NCBI GenBank assembly: GCA_963666315.2
Contig: CAXXHG010000046.1
Location: 1-64,000 of the forward strand
Length of the DNA stretch: 64,000 nucleotides
Direction: 5' to 3'
Source: Candidatus Binatia bacterium
GTDB lineage: Bacteria > Desulfobacterota > Binatia > Bin18
This document shows positions 61,791 through 64,000 of this stretch, in pieces; positions within the stretch are counted from its first letter, which is position 1, and every line of letters starts with the position of its first letter. The translations under genes were made by a program, and so were the position numbers. Under the pieces are notes generated by a model. The model did no database searches. It was given only the letters and a program-made list of their open reading frames with translations, and was not told the origin of the DNA.

Positions 61791-63145
61791 TTACTGAACA
61801 GCCTCCTCGTTGGGCTTTCTTGTCCTCCCCCCGGTGGCAGCTGGGCTGGCAGATTAGCCTTAATCTCGTTCTTCTTCTATCAGCGTTCGCGCTCTGGAAA
61901 TGGGTCACCTGGCGCGCAGTGTATTTCATGGCCCTGGTTCCGATCGCCATTGTCCCCTTCTCTTATGCTCGGCTTCGCCTCCACTCTCAATGCGTTCAAC
62001 TTTTTGGTTCCCATGCAGCACTTCTTGCTCTATTTGCCATTTTCGGCATGTTCTGTGACGCGACCATGATCGCCCAGATCCTCACTGCGCGTTCCGGTAG
62101 CCCCTTGCCCTTTCTCCATAGCCCAGGGATCGCCTGGATCGGCACAATCTGGTTTAGCACCTACGGCCTGCTCTTATTGGGGTATGCCGCGGTAGGAATC
62201 CTGTGCGTTGGTCAACGCGGGGTACAGTGGCTTTTTCAGCGGTATCGGCAGCGCCAACCGGATGCTCTGTCTTCTCTTGAACGGCGACAGTTTCTGCAAC
62301 AGCTTGGTCTCGTAGGCGCTGGAGCACCGTTTTTCTTTTCGCTTTCCAGTGTGAAACTGACGTATGATTTCCGAGTCGAAGAGCGAGAGATCAGTCTGTC
62401 CTCTTGGCCGCAGGCGTATGACGGTCTGCGTATTGCTCACTTGTCAGACATTCATGTTGGCGGAGGCATGGATCGCCCCAAGCTCCTGGACGTAGCGGCA
62501 CTGACGAATGCCGCTAAGCCTGACATCGTTCTCCATACAGGGGATTTTCTTACTCACCGGACCGGGGATTTTGATGCACCCCTGTATGAAGCCCTGGCGC
62601 AGATTCGTGCGCCCTACGGCCAGTGGGCATGTTTAGGCAATCACGATTTTGATACGCCCAGACGCTTAGTACATCGTTTACGTCAGGCTGGAGTGATCAC
62701 GCTGCGCAATCGCATTATTACTCTGCCTCTAGATGGATATCCGATTGAGTTGGCCGGCATCGACTTTCTTTTTCAGCGCCTTGACCAGGCAGCTTTATAC
62801 CAGCGCATCGTCACGTCCTGGGGACCGCGAGAGTCCGCGCCGCGCCTCCCTCGCATATTGCTCAACCACGATCCACGTGCCTTCACCGCCCTGCCGGCCG
62901 GCTGTGCGGATCTCGTGTTGTCCGGCCACACGCATGGCGGTCATGTCGGTATTCAGCTTGGGAAAGGCCGCGCACTTAGCATTGTCGGGCTGCTTGGTAT
63001 TCCCGATCAAGGCATTTTTCACCGAAAGGATATGCAGATGTTTGTCACCCGCTGTGTGGGTTTCTACGGCTACCCCATGCGGCTGGGTATTCCACCCGAG
63101 ATTGCTATTTTGACGCTGCGGTCACGAGGTTCTGTCTCCTTGTAG
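61787..63145 (+). CDS. Membrane-anchored metallophosphoesterase (YkuE/YaeI-like)
   Basis: About four TM helices, LERRQFL, SDIHVG, TGDF, GNHD, LNHDP, SGHTHGG. Confidence 0.9.
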   Translation: MITEQPPRWAFLSSPRWQLGWQISLNLVLLLSAFALWKWVTWRAVYFMALVPIAIVPFSYARLRLHSQCVQLFGSHAALLALFAIFGMFCDATMIAQILTARSGSPLPFLHSPGIAWIGTIWFSTYGLLLLGYAAVGILCVGQRGVQWLFQRYRQRQPDALSSLERRQFLQQLGLVGAGAPFFFSLSSVKLTYDFRVEEREISLSSWPQAYDGLRIAHLSDIHVGGGMDRPKLLDVAALTNAAKPDIVLHTGDFLTHRTGDFDAPLYEALAQIRAPYGQWACLGNHDFDTPRRLVHRLRQAGVITLRNRIITLPLDGYPIELAGIDFLFQRLDQAALYQRIVTSWGPRESAPRLPRILLNHDPRAFTALPAGCADLVLSGHTHGGHVGIQLGKGRALSIVGLLGIPDQGIFHRKDMQMFVTRCVGFYGYPMRLGIPPEIAILTLRSRGSVSL

Positions 63146-63192
63146 GTCAATTTTCTATCAACACATATTGATTCGCCACGCCGGGCTTGTAG

Positions 63193-63448
63193 CTTGGGTC
63201 CACGAAAGAACTCGACGTGACAGAGTTTCAGACCAATTGTTTAGCCATCCTAGATGAGGTCAATAGGACCGGCCAGACCGTCATCATCCGCAAAAGAGGC
63301 AAAGCCGTTGCGCAGTTGGTTCCGCTAGCCTCCCAAATAGACCAGTATCCGCAGCAGTCGCTTATCGGCACTGCTACCATTACAAGGTGACATTATTTCG
63401 CCTGTTCTCGACCCCGACGAATGGGAAACTGATGAACCTCAGAAGTGA
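63193..63448 (+). pseudogene. Phd/YefM antitoxin, frameshifted, no adjacent toxin
   Basis: VTEFQTNCLAILDEVNRTGQTVIIRKRGKAVAQLVP; DIISPVLDPDEWE tail out of frame. Confidence 0.75.
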
Positions 63449-63818
63449 ATGCGCACATTCAGATTAATCTCATCGTACGGAAGAGTGGGGGCTTGAGCTG
63501 CACCACGACGCTTCCCTTTTAGCTCGACCAAGCCCAAACGAGAGAGAAAAGCAAGATCTTGGCTGACATTTTGATATCGCGTTCTACCTGCCCAGCCAGC
63601 TCCCGCACAGACCGAGGCGTATGCTCAGCAATAGCCCACAAAAGGTCGAGTCGTTTCGGGGACAACGCTTTACGGAACGCCTCTAAGGTGGAGAAGTATA
63701 ACTCCTCTTCCCGTTCGGGCAGTTTTTCTCCTGCATCAATCCGTCTTGCTATTGCTTTCGCCTCTTTCAGCGAATCCTCGGGGCGTTGCACGCCAATCTT
63801 AATACGTCGAACTTTCAT
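63439..63818 (-). pseudogene. HVO_A0114-like HTH antitoxin, frameshifted
   Basis: LYFSTLEAFRKALSPKRLDLL...SVRELA..VERDIK; NVSQDL..L.RLGLVEL...PYDEI continues in a shifted frame. Confidence 0.75.
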
Positions 63819-64000
63819 CGCTTACCTTCCAGAATACGTTGAACATCGTTGGCGAAATCGTCGAGTAATTCTTCAAGTCCTCGAAAGACGTATTGCGCTT
63901 CTTGTCCGCGAATATGTCGATGATGTCCTTTCCCTGGATGAATATCGTACCCAATAATTTTCGATCCGTTTTCGGGATCGACCTAGTAAAAAGAATACTT
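63815..64000 (-). pseudogene. DUF6516/TumE-like toxin 3' part with in-frame TAG (partial at window edge)
   Basis: KYSFY*VDPENGSKIIGYDIHPGKGHHRHIRGQEAQYVFRGLEELLDDF; ATGA overlap with the HTH gene. Confidence 0.7.

Noticed and set aside
18440-63985. Repeated in-frame TAG codons (18440, 28368, 49387, 57462, 63983) suggesting amber recoding
   Set aside because: Core genes (gnnA, lpxB, msbA, hisB, hisA) end in TAG, RF1 is intact, the expected residues differ (Gln, Tyr), and TAA stops and frameshifts hit the same gene class

Overview
Bacterial chromosomal window, moderately GC-rich. Gene content suggests a deltaproteobacteria-like lineage such as Candidatus Binatia (inference only). Intact core blocks are a lipid A/LPS core operon (gnnA-like, lpxB, msbA, DUF374/LpxJ-like, waaA, lpxK, SAM methyltransferase, waaF, kdkA; 2.5-12.6 kb), rpmE2-prfA-prmC-murA, a his operon (hisD, B, H, A, F) broken by insertions, and moaC. 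Between kdkA and an M24 peptidase (about 12.6-30.2 kb) lies a mosaic island that looks like a decayed integron. It holds a degenerate integron-integrase C-terminus, one near-canonical attC, several half or eroded attC-like sites, and a 79-bp imperfect direct repeat that includes the kdkA 3' end. It also holds a family of about 161-bp non-coding leaders that start at GTTRRRY-type sites and carry a conserved promoter-like core; this is the most novel-looking signal. Other notable items are three TACGT-N8-ACGTA operator-like palindromes, a PQQ dehydrogenase with a non-canonical active site, a Wzc-JmjC chimera, a candidate A_AAA_AAG -1 frameshift in a histone-H1-like gene, and many pseudogenes confined to accessory genes. 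I recognised no rRNA, tRNA or CRISPR array. All calls were made by eye without database searches.
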